Assembly (NCBI GenBank): GCA_011364905.1
Contig: RDNZ01000002.1
Location: 64,001-128,000 of the forward strand
DNA length: 64,000 nucleotides
DNA from: Candidatus Thorarchaeota archaeon
Lineage (GTDB): Archaea; Asgardarchaeota; Thorarchaeia; Thorarchaeales; Thorarchaeaceae
Direction of reading: 5' to 3'
Shown piece after piece: positions 9,613 to 19,879 of this stretch. The notes under the pieces were generated by a model that saw nothing but the letters and a program-made list of their open reading frames with translations, was not told the DNA's origin and did not search any database. Position 1 is the first letter of the stretch. Each line of letters begins with the position of its first letter. The position numbers and the translations under genes were made by a program.

Positions 9613-10338
9613 TTAGTTAAACACCAACAGGACTGGCAGAATAGAATATCCACTCAGTGCTATCGCTGTGACATTGATTAGGAGATGGATAATTCCTAAT
9701 GGCCACATACTCTTTGATTTTCTATATAGGAAGATGTAACCTACTGCTATCAGTGTCTGAATGGGAACAAAAAATTCACTGATTGGGAATACGTATTGAC
9801 CCTCAGGGAGGACCAATATCCAGAATACTAGATGAATCAGGCTAATGAGAGCAATATACAACAGACCACCTATTGCAATCATCACTTTCCTCTTTGGGCC
9901 CTCTTTGAAGAACTCTGCATAGGAGTCGAAAGTATAGATCCAGATGAGCTGTTCAGAAAATGCATTCAAGGGAGCCCAAATCACAAGTGTGACTATCCAA
10001 CCTAGAATATTGAAGTCTGATACTCGTTGAAAAGTGATGAATTCGAATCCGACTAGAATTAGCTGAAGTATCAGTATGAACACGAAGATTGAACTTACAT
10101 AGCTCGCAAACTGTTTTCGGATTTCTCCCCGTCTTATTTCATACCCAACTGCACCCCGTCTCCATCTTACGATTAGCCAACAGAACACTCCATAGTAGAG
10201 TATCAGTGGAATCAGTGCTCCAGTTGCGTTGAAAAGATATCCCGCAGCAAATGGCAATCCAATTGCAGCCAAAAGAGCTAAGATAAGGTCCAAGTATGTT
10301 GGCTGGAAATTATCTGGAACATCATGGAGGATTGTCAT
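9613..10338 (-). CDS. CPBP/Abi (CAAX-protease-like) intramembrane protein
   Basis: Multi-TM protein with NAFSEQ, SLIHL and GIIHLLIN, matching the CPBP E/H/HxxxN motifs in divergent form. Confidence 0.6.
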   Translation of the reverse strand: MTILHDVPDNFQPTYLDLILALLAAIGLPFAAGYLFNATGALIPLILYYGVFCWLIVRWRRGAVGYEIRRGEIRKQFASYVSSIFVFILILQLILVGFEFITFQRVSDFNILGWIVTLVIWAPLNAFSEQLIWIYTFDSYAEFFKEGPKRKVMIAIGGLLYIALISLIHLVFWILVLPEGQYVFPISEFFVPIQTLIAVGYIFLYRKSKSMWPLGIIHLLINVTAIALSGYSILPVLLVFN

Positions 10339-10447
10339 TTTGAGTCGAACGTTATGAAACAATTAGGCTATATCTTTTTTTGGAAAAGGTGTGGCCCGTG
10401 TTAAGAGTCCATGAAACTAATCAAAGAACTCGGCAATTCTTATCTCC

Positions 10448-11116
10448 CTAGGTTGATTTAAGAAACTCTAAGGTTCGCTTCCAAGCCAAACGTGCTGCTT
10501 CCTCATCATATGCATCCTCGCGATCTGGTTCAAAGAACCAATGTCCTGTGCCTTCGTAAGTATAGATGGTTACTGGACGACCTGCCTTCTTAAGCTCTTT
10601 TTCCAGCTCCTCTACATTTTCCCTTGGTTCGTAGGGATCATTCTCAGCAAAATGACCAAGATAGCTCGCCTGCGATGTACTATGGTCTACAGGTCCAGAA
10701 CCATAAAACAATACCACAGATCGAATGTACTCAGGACTGGATGCTGCCAAGTCCAAGGCATAATACGCCCCCAAAGAGAAACTGACAATGGCAACATCCC
10801 GACCTGTGACTCCTGCCTTTTCACACAGATATTTGACGGCGTAAGCAATCTCATCCTTTGCTTGCAGGTAGTTTTCGTCCAGGGTGGAACCCAGTGCTTC
10901 AGCTTCAGTAATAGTGTCTGCCACCTTGCCATGATAGAGGTCTGGAGCAAAAACCAAGAATCCCTCATTAGCTAGCCTATCACAGATGTTTCTGATAGTG
11001 TCATTGAGTCCCCACCAAGCATGTAGAACCAATACAGGAGAGCCAGAATCCATCGAGGGAGTGGCAAGATAACCATCAGGTTGAGTGAGTGACATTTTAC
11101 AGTCGTTGCTACTCAT
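10448..11116 (-). CDS. dienelactone hydrolase family protein
   Basis: VLHAWWGLN, APDLYHG, nucleophile elbow SFSLGA, END, GHWF, AWKRTLEFL. Confidence 0.88.
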   Translation of the reverse strand: MSSNDCKMSLTQPDGYLATPSMDSGSPVLVLHAWWGLNDTIRNICDRLANEGFLVFAPDLYHGKVADTITEAEALGSTLDENYLQAKDEIAYAVKYLCEKAGVTGRDVAIVSFSLGAYYALDLAASSPEYIRSVVLFYGSGPVDHSTSQASYLGHFAENDPYEPRENVEELEKELKKAGRPVTIYTYEGTGHWFFEPDREDAYDEEAARLAWKRTLEFLKST

Positions 11117-11273
11117 TTTATTTAAGCATGCTCCTTCACGAGCCAAAAATCAGAAGTCCAAAGAGAATAATTCCTTAGTTCCATACATCAAGTTGTCTTT
11201 GTGTTCATATGGAAACGTAAGACACAAAGAATATCTTATTCCTAGGTGCAAGGATTTGGCAAGGCGCTACACA

Positions 11274-11702
11274 ATGTTTAGCATAAATGAGAAAATCAGA
11301 GCGAATAGGTCTTTGTACTGGGCAGGAATAATACAGACATTGTATGGTTTTTTCGAACTATCTGACGTTGTTGCTGCAGTTATGATAGCGATTGGCTTAA
11401 TCCCAAACATCTACGGACAGTTTATTCCAGCGACCACTGAAGTTGGAAAGTTCATGGAAACAACGCCTGCAATCTTCATCGCCATTTTCTTCTTCTTTGC
11501 TAGCTTGCGAGTCTTGTCGGGCTATTGGATTCTACTAAATCGAGCAAAGGGATTCTGGATGGCTGTACTTGTTTCAGGAGTATCGCTAGTTGCAGTTTGG
11601 TTCCTTCTGCCCTTAAGTGCTCTTGATCTCTGTATCATTCTTCCAGTCCTTATTCTTCTCTTCAAAGGATACTTCCGGGATTCGCCAATTGTTCCAGATT
11701 AA
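11274..11702 (+). CDS. hypothetical membrane protein (about 4 TM)
   Basis: Hydrophobic helices from MFSINEK onward. The upstream extension in the ORF track overlaps the divergent gene and is unlikely. Confidence 0.7.
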   Translation: MFSINEKIRANRSLYWAGIIQTLYGFFELSDVVAAVMIAIGLIPNIYGQFIPATTEVGKFMETTPAIFIAIFFFFASLRVLSGYWILLNRAKGFWMAVLVSGVSLVAVWFLLPLSALDLCIILPVLILLFKGYFRDSPIVPD

Positions 11703-11877
11703 CAGACTCTCAATCGTTGGTTAATAGTCTGTCAAATGGCGGGGCATTAAAACTAACGCTCATCAATTTCCTCACGAGAAATCAGTTGCATTTTCCCATT
11801 CGCAACACTGAAGACTCAAAAAACGCAAATGGATTATATCAGAGCTCTTAGAAGATTGCTACTTAGAGGTGAGATAG

Positions 11878-12054
11878 ATGAAACTTGAATTGAAATACAT
11901 GAAAGCAGCTACTATTTCATGGATAATTACATCATTGTATCTATTGATTGGCATGCTTCGTGAGTTTCTAGTAGGGGGCGGCTTGGGGATATTGGGTATT
12001 TTACTTTTGACATCCTTAGCAGTGTTTCTTGTCGCATTGTTGTATTTCAGCTAG
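11878..12054 (+). CDS. small 58-aa two-helix membrane protein
   Basis: Not in the ORF track. GAGGTGA RBS then MKLELKYMKAATISWIITSLYLLIGMLREFLVGGGLGILGILLLTSLAVFLVALLYFS. Confidence 0.6.
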   Translation: MKLELKYMKAATISWIITSLYLLIGMLREFLVGGGLGILGILLLTSLAVFLVALLYFS

Positions 12055-12073
12055 TAGGAATATGTTGAGTTGG

Positions 12074-13012
12074 TCAAATATGCATTCTTCTATACATAAC
12101 AGAAACGACTAGCACAACCGTTAGAATCCCTGCTGAAAGAATAGCTATCGAAGGCATATCGAGAGTTGTCGCTATGTCAGTGGGGGTGGTTGTTGTGAGA
12201 TCATTTGAATCTTCAGGAGAAGCTTCGATAAGCCACTTTGAAACTCTGAAGAGGAGTGGCCATTCTGAATCAGGGTCGACAAGGTTAGCACCAAATGTAG
12301 TGTCGTCTCGGTCACTATTTTCCTCGTATTCGGGATGAGGACTTGAAAGGAAGACCGTTCCGTTGCCATATTCAAAAGCGACCATACCAGCTTTGTCATT
12401 ATAATCGTAAGTGGCAATAATGTGCACGGCAGTTCCCCATTGTGGAGTAAGATATTGAGAGCCATAATACATGGTTGTGAAATTCTCCGAGAGGTCGGAT
12501 AGATCCGGCCCAGTTGAAGATTGGTTAACATGCATGGTTGTCATATGTATTATCGAGCCCGGCTCGTTCACTGGGCTAATGAAACCGTTGAATAAATGCA
12601 GGTATGTCACACCAAAGGTCGCACCACCACAAATTCCGAAGTAAGAACCACCTTGAGCAACGAAGTCCTTGACCTTCTGTTTACCTTCTTGACCAAGTTC
12701 GCTACTGCATATGGTTTCAGATCCACCGGGAATAACAAGAATATCATATTCATCAAGGGAATCAATGAGAATTAGAGAAGCAGTGATAGTTGAAACCGAT
12801 GCGTTCATCCACTCGAACATCTTTGTAAGGGCAGTGTGACTAGAACCCATCACACCTCCTCCACTGTAGACAGCAACCTTGACTCCTGTCAAGTCATCAT
12901 GTTCAACTTGTGCAGTGGATTGGACTGGCGAAAGAATCACCAGACATAGAATTGACAATGCGCATAGACCAAGGAGCTTTCGACTATGAAATCCTCTATT
13001 TCTTCGCTCCAT
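12074..13012 (-). CDS. secreted, C-terminally anchored BPL-N / class I glutamine amidotransferase-like protein
   Basis: Signal peptide, VAVYSGGG, PGG, YFGICGGA (nucleophile Cys), SPHPE, Thr-rich linker, C-terminal TM plus basic tail. Confidence 0.78.
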   Translation of the reverse strand: MERRNRGFHSRKLLGLCALSILCLVILSPVQSTAQVEHDDLTGVKVAVYSGGGVMGSSHTALTKMFEWMNASVSTITASLILIDSLDEYDILVIPGGSETICSSELGQEGKQKVKDFVAQGGSYFGICGGATFGVTYLHLFNGFISPVNEPGSIIHMTTMHVNQSSTGPDLSDLSENFTTMYYGSQYLTPQWGTAVHIIATYDYNDKAGMVAFEYGNGTVFLSSPHPEYEENSDRDDTTFGANLVDPDSEWPLLFRVSKWLIEASPEDSNDLTTTTPTDIATTLDMPSIAILSAGILTVVLVVSVMYRRMHI

Positions 13013-13209
13013 CCGGAATCACCTAATTGGTGAAAAAACAACATTCAGGGCGTAATTTAATGGTACACATTAACGCAGGATTATGGAAAAACCGCCATGG
13101 GGATTTACAAAGGAAAAGGTTACAGTTGATTTTTATCACCGATTTCTGTACAGATAGGTCGCATTTCGCGAATAATTTCAATAATCACGAGAATGGTTGA
13201 AAATCCACG

Positions 13210-14700
13210 ATGACAGAAACGCAAGATACTCTTAGCGAGAAAGCCTCTGCTAGTTTTGATGAACGTCTGCCCTTCAAGTCAAAACTAGCCTTTGGTCTGT
13301 CACAGGCATCCATCAACCTTCTTCAGGTCATAGCACTCAGTTCGGCAATCACTTTCTATTACAATATCAAACTCGGCCTAAGCGAGGAGTTGGCTTCACT
13401 TGCTTGGCTCCTGTTTGCCATTTGGAATGCCATCAACGACCCCTTGTTCGGAATTCTACAAGAAAGAATCGATACCGATATGGGAAGACGTATTCCAGTT
13501 CTGCGGTACGGGGCACTCTTCTATACACTCACGTTCATTATTTGCTGGTTCCCGTTTTTGGGAAACTCACAAGTGGCATTATTCTGGAACCTACTACTAG
13601 TACTCTTCTTGTTCGATACGATGTTCACAATGGTTGGATTGGTGCAAACAGCTTTGCCAGCCGAGATGTGCATAACTCAAGAGGCGAGGTCAAACCTTAG
13701 TCTGTACAACGTGATTGTTGGGTCCGTAGGCGCCTTGGTGGCGATGGTCCTTCCTTTAGTCCTTCTCACTGATGAATCAACAACTGATCTTAGTCCCCTC
13801 TTCAAGCCCGTGATGTTGTTAGTCGGAATAATAGCTGGAACAGTCCTGTTCATTTCAAGTTACGCGCTGACCGAAAACGAATATGCAAGAATTGAAGAGC
13901 CGCTTGGTTTTATTGAATCAATGGTCGCGACACTCAAGAATAGAGAGTTTCTGGCTTTCGAGGCAATGAACTTCTTTCATGAAGCGGCATTCACAATAGT
14001 GACTGGGTCTATGATTTACTTTGTGCAGTACGTGTTGAGATTGCAGGGAGTTTTAGCATCCATCCCCTTGTTTGTTGTATTCATACTCATGCTGCTGCTG
14101 AGCGTTGTTGCAGATAAAATGGTGAAACGGAGGGGTTTGAAACAAGTTTACGTCAGCGGGTTGGTAATAGCAGGTGCGGGTCTAGTGTTCCTGTTTTTCT
14201 CAGGGAGTCTGCTGATCGCAGTCATTCTGAGTCTTGTAGTGGTCGGAATAGGTTTGGCTCCTGTCACTCTGATATGGTCCCCATTACTGGCGGATGTGAT
14301 CGATTATGATGAGATACGAACAGGAAAGAGGCGTGAAACGACTTACGCTGGTATGAATGCATTGATCACGAAACCGGCCATCTCTATAGCTACTGCAGTG
14401 TTTCTGCTTCTCATCAATGGATTTGGATTTGATAATGCTCAGGTGGTACAATCAGACTCAGCCATTCTTGGAATACGACTGGGCTATGCAGTCTTTCCAG
14501 CAGCTTGTTTCATTATAGGTGCAATCGCATTGTGGAGATGGTACACACTCGATGGTAAGGAATGGATAGCCAAAAAGTCCGAATTGGGCAAAATACACAT
14601 GCAGAAGGAGAAGGAGTACATCGCTCGACTCCAGAGAGAGGGAAAAATATCTAAGGTGTACCAGATTCTTTATGGCAAGTCGCACGAAGATATGGAATGA
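13210..14700 (+). CDS. MFS transporter, glycoside-pentoside-hexuronide (MelB-like) family
   Basis: WNAINDPLFG, MGRRIP, LADVIDYDEIRTGKRRE. Confidence 0.9.
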   Translation: MTETQDTLSEKASASFDERLPFKSKLAFGLSQASINLLQVIALSSAITFYYNIKLGLSEELASLAWLLFAIWNAINDPLFGILQERIDTDMGRRIPVLRYGALFYTLTFIICWFPFLGNSQVALFWNLLLVLFLFDTMFTMVGLVQTALPAEMCITQEARSNLSLYNVIVGSVGALVAMVLPLVLLTDESTTDLSPLFKPVMLLVGIIAGTVLFISSYALTENEYARIEEPLGFIESMVATLKNREFLAFEAMNFFHEAAFTIVTGSMIYFVQYVLRLQGVLASIPLFVVFILMLLLSVVADKMVKRRGLKQVYVSGLVIAGAGLVFLFFSGSLLIAVILSLVVVGIGLAPVTLIWSPLLADVIDYDEIRTGKRRETTYAGMNALITKPAISIATAVFLLLINGFGFDNAQVVQSDSAILGIRLGYAVFPAACFIIGAIALWRWYTLDGKEWIAKKSELGKIHMQKEKEYIARLQREGKISKVYQILYGKSHEDME

Positions 14701-14912
14701 GAAAACCCAAATCCACTATTCGACAACAGCAGAAGCGATTATGTCTTTGTTTTCTGGACTATTCACAATGGGACCACAACGAGTTGGCCTGCTCTACTCA
14801 TCATTTCTCTGAGAACAAGACTACTGCATTTGTCATATCAAAACAGCATCTTATCGTCGATTCTTATTACGCCTTTAAGCAATCAATCCAAATACATTCC
14901 CTCTTCTGACTC

Positions 14913-16208
14913 TTACATATGGCTGATTCTTCGAGAGTATCTATAGGAAATCAAAAGCACAACAATTCCTACGGCTATAAGAACAAGAGCCGCAATGAAG
15001 CTACCTCTGTAGGCATCAGCATTTGATAAACCATGAGCTATTAGCAGATCTGCAATAGGTCCTGCAATAAGCGTTGCAGCAATACCCCAGCTAAGGAAAA
15101 AGGTCGCGTTGTAATAAGCGAACAACCTGCCTCTAAACTCCTCTGGTGCCAATCTGGCAACGATGGAGTAGCTCGATGATTGGATGACCACCTGTGATGA
15201 ACCCATGAGAAATGACGCAAACAGGGCCAGGGCAAAACTTGGAGTCACAATGAGCCAAGATATGCCAATCATTGATAGTATGATTCCGGTCATCATAACC
15301 TTGTTGTCATCAGCTTTTGCCACAAGAGATCCGATTACAAGACCAGCTAGCATAGAGGCAATATTCCCGACATTGCTGTATAGACCAATTGCCTCTCCAG
15401 TGGCGTTGAAGCCTGTCGGGTCTGCTAGAAAAAGAGAGGTGATGATTGCTATTGAGTTTCTGCCGAAGTTAATGAAGATCAACGCAACTATGAAGATCAA
15501 ATATGAAACACGTATTTTTGAAGGGATCTCAGAGAGCGAGTGCTTCTCAGATGGCTTGATGTCTTCAGTGCTCTGTATTGACTCTTCTTTGCTCAGACGT
15601 ATTGAAAAATAGACGATGACGCTCGAGAAGACCATGACGAATGCCGCAATATAGAAAATGATTCCGCTACTAAATCCGATTCCACCTTCGAATAGGAATC
15701 CCCCAACAAAAGCGCCACCAATTCCGCCAAACCCTCCAATGATTGAGAGTTGTCCCATGATTCTCTTTCGCTCATCTATTACCGTCAACTCTGAGATCAA
15801 TGCAGACCAACCAACATTGGACATGCTCCAAAAGACCTCAATCCCGCCAAGACAGAATATTATCACGTAACCAGCTACAATTGGCTGATTCATCCTCAGG
15901 AAGAACATGTACACGAAAACCATTAGGAAGTGTCCAAAACCAGCAAACATCTCTCCAATAACTACAAACTGATTTGGCTTTCGGTACTTGTCAAGTAGAT
16001 TACCCCAGAGGAACGATTGAGTGGATGCATTCGCAATCATACCAACAGTAGCCATCAGGGTCACTTCAGTGGTTGAGAGACCGAGTGATCTGAGATAAAT
16101 CGACAAGAAGGAATACACTATTGCTCTTCGAAAATAAATGAGAATCTGAAATGTGGAGAGTCCCGTAAATTCTCGCCCTTTGAGTTGGGAGTAGTTTAGC
16201 AGTTTCAA
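14913..16208 (-). CDS. MFS transporter
   Basis: About 12 TM, WGNLLDKY, APEEFRGRLFAYY. Confidence 0.85.
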   Translation of the reverse strand: MKLLNYSQLKGREFTGLSTFQILIYFRRAIVYSFLSIYLRSLGLSTTEVTLMATVGMIANASTQSFLWGNLLDKYRKPNQFVVIGEMFAGFGHFLMVFVYMFFLRMNQPIVAGYVIIFCLGGIEVFWSMSNVGWSALISELTVIDERKRIMGQLSIIGGFGGIGGAFVGGFLFEGGIGFSSGIIFYIAAFVMVFSSVIVYFSIRLSKEESIQSTEDIKPSEKHSLSEIPSKIRVSYLIFIVALIFINFGRNSIAIITSLFLADPTGFNATGEAIGLYSNVGNIASMLAGLVIGSLVAKADDNKVMMTGIILSMIGISWLIVTPSFALALFASFLMGSSQVVIQSSSYSIVARLAPEEFRGRLFAYYNATFFLSWGIAATLIAGPIADLLIAHGLSNADAYRGSFIAALVLIAVGIVVLLISYRYSRRISHM

Positions 16209-16346
16209 GTTGAGTCTTCAGAGTCATTGTCAATCTTAAATACCATTTTCTACTGGCTAGTGTTTCTGCAGCGCTGGAGACAATTGATAGATTCTTGATT
16301 TGAGTGGAGAGCGAGAACTCATAAACCAAAACGACTTGTAAACGAG

Positions 16347-17462
16347 ATGAATACAATGACAACGAATCTGATTCATCATGAGGATTTACGAATATTCGCG
16401 CAACAAGTAATAGTAAAGATGGGAGCTTCAGAGGAAGACGCATACTATGTTGCCGATAACCTTGTGACATCGAATCTCCGCGGGATAGATTCCCATGGTG
16501 TTGGTAGACTGAAGAGATACGTGGATGGTATCAAAACAGGGTACATACTTCCGAAAGTATCCAGAGTTGTAAAGAGAGATAGCGCAGTCATCGCGAACAT
16601 TGATGCGATGAACGGGTTAGGGCAACCAGCTGGCGTCTTCGGAATGGAGTTAGCCATTGAAAAAGCACAGAGTACAGGAGTTGGTGTTGTCACTGTATTC
16701 AACTCAAATCACTTTGGTTTCGCTGGATACTACGCAATGATGGCATTGAAACATGACTTGATTGGAATTACAATGACAAACTCAGAGCCGCTTGTTGTCC
16801 CAACTTTCAGTAGGAATGCCATGATAGGAACGAATCCCATTGCCTTTGTTGCACCAACTAACACAGAACGATCTTGGGTGATGGACCTAGCAACGAGCGT
16901 GGTGCCAAGTGGAAAGCTCGAAGTCTATGATAGAGCAGGAAAGGAGATACCCACAGGATGGGCAACCGATGAAACAGGTTCAAGTACGAACGATCCAGCA
17001 CAGGTCCTGAAGAATTTGTATCGAGGTCTCGGCGAAGGTGGTATCTTTCCACTTGGGGGCGAAGGCGAAATTCATGGGGGCCACAAGGGATATGGACTTG
17101 CGACAATGGTAGAAATCCTGTGCGGCGTGATGTCAGGAGGAAATATCCTCCGCGATTTGAAATTCTACGAAAACGAGAAATACAAACACCCAGGAATAGG
17201 TCATTTCTTTATGGCTTTGGACCCATCGTATTTCATTGACATCGATTCATTCAAGGCAAAGATGGATGAGATGATTACTCGTCTGAAAGGCGCAGAGAAA
17301 GCTGAAGGGCAAGACAGGATATTTGTGCATGGCGAGAAGGAGTTCGAAGAGTGTGAACGTCGCACTGCGAATGGAATACCTCTTGATGAAAGAACTGCTG
17401 AGAGTCTATTGGGATTGTCGGAGGAGTTCTCAATTGACATTCATTTCATTGATTCAAAGTAG
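16347..17462 (+). CDS. type 2 malate/L-lactate dehydrogenase family oxidoreductase (Ldh_2)
   Basis: RGIDSHG, NSNHFG, GTNPIAF, DLATS, HKGYGL. Confidence 0.92.
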   Translation: MNTMTTNLIHHEDLRIFAQQVIVKMGASEEDAYYVADNLVTSNLRGIDSHGVGRLKRYVDGIKTGYILPKVSRVVKRDSAVIANIDAMNGLGQPAGVFGMELAIEKAQSTGVGVVTVFNSNHFGFAGYYAMMALKHDLIGITMTNSEPLVVPTFSRNAMIGTNPIAFVAPTNTERSWVMDLATSVVPSGKLEVYDRAGKEIPTGWATDETGSSTNDPAQVLKNLYRGLGEGGIFPLGGEGEIHGGHKGYGLATMVEILCGVMSGGNILRDLKFYENEKYKHPGIGHFFMALDPSYFIDIDSFKAKMDEMITRLKGAEKAEGQDRIFVHGEKEFEECERRTANGIPLDERTAESLLGLSEEFSIDIHFIDSK

Positions 17463-17575
17463 GTTGAGAGAACGATAATTATACAATGTTTGACGTTTGA
17501 TAAATGTCAAACTTTATTAATCCATAGTGCTTTTTAGAAACATCCAAGAACTTCAGAATGTCGGAGTTTTAAGCA

Positions 17576-18121
17576 ATGAATACTGATGATGAAATGATGG
17601 AAACCGTAGGGAGGAATTTCCTACGGAAATACTGGAAGATGAATCTTGTTTTCGTTGTACTGATTGTTGCAGCTCTAGCAGAAGCACTACTTGTCTTCCT
17701 GTGGGTACTTACGGATCTGCAGACGCTAGGTGTGATCCAAACAACACTTGGACTATTGTCAGTGGGACAGATAATCACACTCATTCTGCATCTTCTGTTC
17801 TGGGAGATAATTCTAGTGGGAATCTGGGTGATTGTTGTTGCTGCATTGGTTTATACAAAATGGTACAACAACCTACCTGACGAGGACAAGTTTCCAAAGA
17901 GAGAGCGAGGTAGACGTGATGAGGGTGACGCTTTTGGATTCCTCATTGGAATCACATGGTTGATAATCATCTGGTTTACAGACCGATGGGATGTTACCTT
18001 CAATGCATGGACAGTCAATGATTGGGTATACTCATGGTTATGGGCGGTGTTTTGGGACCTGTTGATCATTGGCATTCCCGTGTTGTTGTTCTTCATCTAT
18101 TGGATAAGGAAAAAGCCCTGA
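17576..18121 (+). CDS. hypothetical membrane protein
   Basis: Four hydrophobic, Trp-rich helices. Confidence 0.7.
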   Translation: MNTDDEMMETVGRNFLRKYWKMNLVFVVLIVAALAEALLVFLWVLTDLQTLGVIQTTLGLLSVGQIITLILHLLFWEIILVGIWVIVVAALVYTKWYNNLPDEDKFPKRERGRRDEGDAFGFLIGITWLIIIWFTDRWDVTFNAWTVNDWVYSWLWAVFWDLLIIGIPVLLFFIYWIRKKP

Positions 18122-18142
18122 TTATTTAGTGAAGTACCTGTC

Positions 18143-18178
18143 AACAACCTCTTGAATCATCAAGGTTCAGGGGTTGTT
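18143..18178 (+). terminator. possible hairpin downstream of 17576-18121
   Basis: Imperfect inverted repeat AACAACCTCTTGAA...TTCAGGGGTTGTT. Confidence 0.35.
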
Positions 18179-18319
18179 CGACACACTTCCATTGTTCAAT
18201 GGACGCTCTCTGTTTCGTTAGTCGGTGGAGTCGTATTATACCAACTAGGTCTTCAAAGATTCTATAAGCTTGGATGGAATATAGTTTCCAAATCATGTTG
18301 AAGCATTAGAGGTTGTCAA

Positions 18320-19147
18320 ATGAATCAGGAACTGGGTCTTTCCCCCCGATCATGTGCGAGGAATGCTGGAACTTTCTTATTGATCAGACTATCATTTGGT
18401 TCAATCATCTACCTTGCTTTGAACAGCGTATTCCCGGTTCCGAGTTATGAGATGGTCGGAGCAATCTCCAATATCAAGACAAATTCGTTACTTTTCACCG
18501 GTCTTCTTGCTGCTCTGTTCTTTATGGGGCTATTCAGTTTGATCGTTGCGTTCCCTCTGAACAATGTCCTGACTTCAATCGACGAAGATGGTTCAAAACG
18601 TGCTCAAAAGGCAAGGTTGGCTGAACTCTTCTTCTTCATAGTTGGCATGGGATTATTGATATTCGAGAATCCAAACTCTATTCAGATACTGTTTGTTAGC
18701 TTTGTCTTTTATGTCATCTATATGATTCTGAATGGGTACCTAGTTTTCGTGTCAGGATACCTTAGCAAAGTCCTTGGGATTTCAATGATACTAGGCGGAA
18801 TAACGGGATTTCTAACAATCACAATCACGCTCTATCAAATGCCTGGTTTAATCTGGCTATCAACAATAGGCGGCCTCTGTGTCGTGATTCCAGAAGTTGC
18901 CATGGCATTTACATTCTTAATAAAAGCACTCAGAATTGAAATCACTGACCCCAAAGAAACAATAACAATGATCTTGAAGGAATTTGGCGAAGCAACAACA
19001 GCAGAAATCATGGACCAATCGTCAAAGGTGTCTGCCGAGTGTAAAGACCGTATTCCTGAAGCCTTGGTATTCTTGGAATCTGAAGGCAAGGTCGCCAAGA
19101 AGCTATCAAAAGAGAAGAGAGGTTATGTTTGGTCACTAGTAAGCTAG
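18320..19147 (+). CDS. DUF4386-like membrane protein fused to a C-terminal winged-helix domain
   Basis: About 6 TM with a SGYLSKVLG motif, then a soluble GEATTAEI...IPEALVFLESEGKV...GYVWSL wHTH-like tail. Confidence 0.6.
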   Translation: MNQELGLSPRSCARNAGTFLLIRLSFGSIIYLALNSVFPVPSYEMVGAISNIKTNSLLFTGLLAALFFMGLFSLIVAFPLNNVLTSIDEDGSKRAQKARLAELFFFIVGMGLLIFENPNSIQILFVSFVFYVIYMILNGYLVFVSGYLSKVLGISMILGGITGFLTITITLYQMPGLIWLSTIGGLCVVIPEVAMAFTFLIKALRIEITDPKETITMILKEFGEATTAEIMDQSSKVSAECKDRIPEALVFLESEGKVAKKLSKEKRGYVWSLVS

Positions 19148-19190
19148 AGAAAAGGTGTGAGAGAATTGTCGCATCCAGCTGTGAGGGTAG

Positions 19191-19727
19191 TCAAACTATG
19201 TACAGGTAAATCTTAGAATCTTCAACTGCTTTAATTGGTGACCATCCCTCAAAGAGATGAATATACGATACTATACGGGTGCCTGGATTTAACTCGCTGG
19301 TTAACTTCGCTTTCAACCGATTGTTTGTACCTATCCGCTGAAACACGGTCACCACTGTAGCTCCCGAGAGGTCTAGATCGAAGAAATTCCCCTTGACTAC
19401 CTGCACTTTTTCTTGCATCCCATTTCGTTGAACATTCCATCGCGACCACATGATACGAAATGGATCCACCTCGATTCCGATGGCTTTGGCTCCGAACTCC
19501 TTAGCTGCCATTATGATGATACGTCCATCTCCTGAACCTAAATCCACTACTGTGTCATCTTGGGTAACATTAGCCAATTTTAGCATCTTTCGAACTGTTT
19601 CTCGTGGGGTTGGTGTCCATGGTGCTCCTTTTACAATTACAGGCCACAACAATGAAAGACCAAAGATGATGATGCAAATGCAAATGAATAGGAAAGTAAT
19701 TCTAATTAGCATCAAGGTATCAATCAA
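19191..19727 (-). CDS. FAM173/aKMT-like SAM-dependent (protein-lysine) methyltransferase with N-terminal TM
   Basis: GAPWTPTP, VDLGSGDGRII, GIEVDP, PGTRIVS. Confidence 0.8.
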   Translation of the reverse strand: MIDTLMLIRITFLFICICIIIFGLSLLWPVIVKGAPWTPTPRETVRKMLKLANVTQDDTVVDLGSGDGRIIIMAAKEFGAKAIGIEVDPFRIMWSRWNVQRNGMQEKVQVVKGNFFDLDLSGATVVTVFQRIGTNNRLKAKLTSELNPGTRIVSYIHLFEGWSPIKAVEDSKIYLYIV

Positions 19728-19762
19728 ATGAGCACCACATCTCTACTTCGATTTGTTACGGT

Positions 19763-19781
19763 TTCTAATGTGACATTAGAA
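19763..19781. promoter_or_regulatory. perfect inverted repeat in divergent intergenic region
   Basis: TTCTAATGT-G-ACATTAGAA, between the divergent 19191-19727 and 19880-20671 genes. Confidence 0.45.
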
Positions 19782-19879
19782 CGGAGATGGACTATTCAAA
19801 TTAAACTATATCATTTCTCGGTTTTTGCGAGAGAATCTAACTTAACACGCGCATGTTGATAACATACTGGGTCATTTGG

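Noticed and set aside
14697-14909. 70-aa ORF overlapping the GPH transporter stop
   Set aside because: No recognisable motif or composition. It sits between convergent genes and is likely spurious despite the ATGA overlap.
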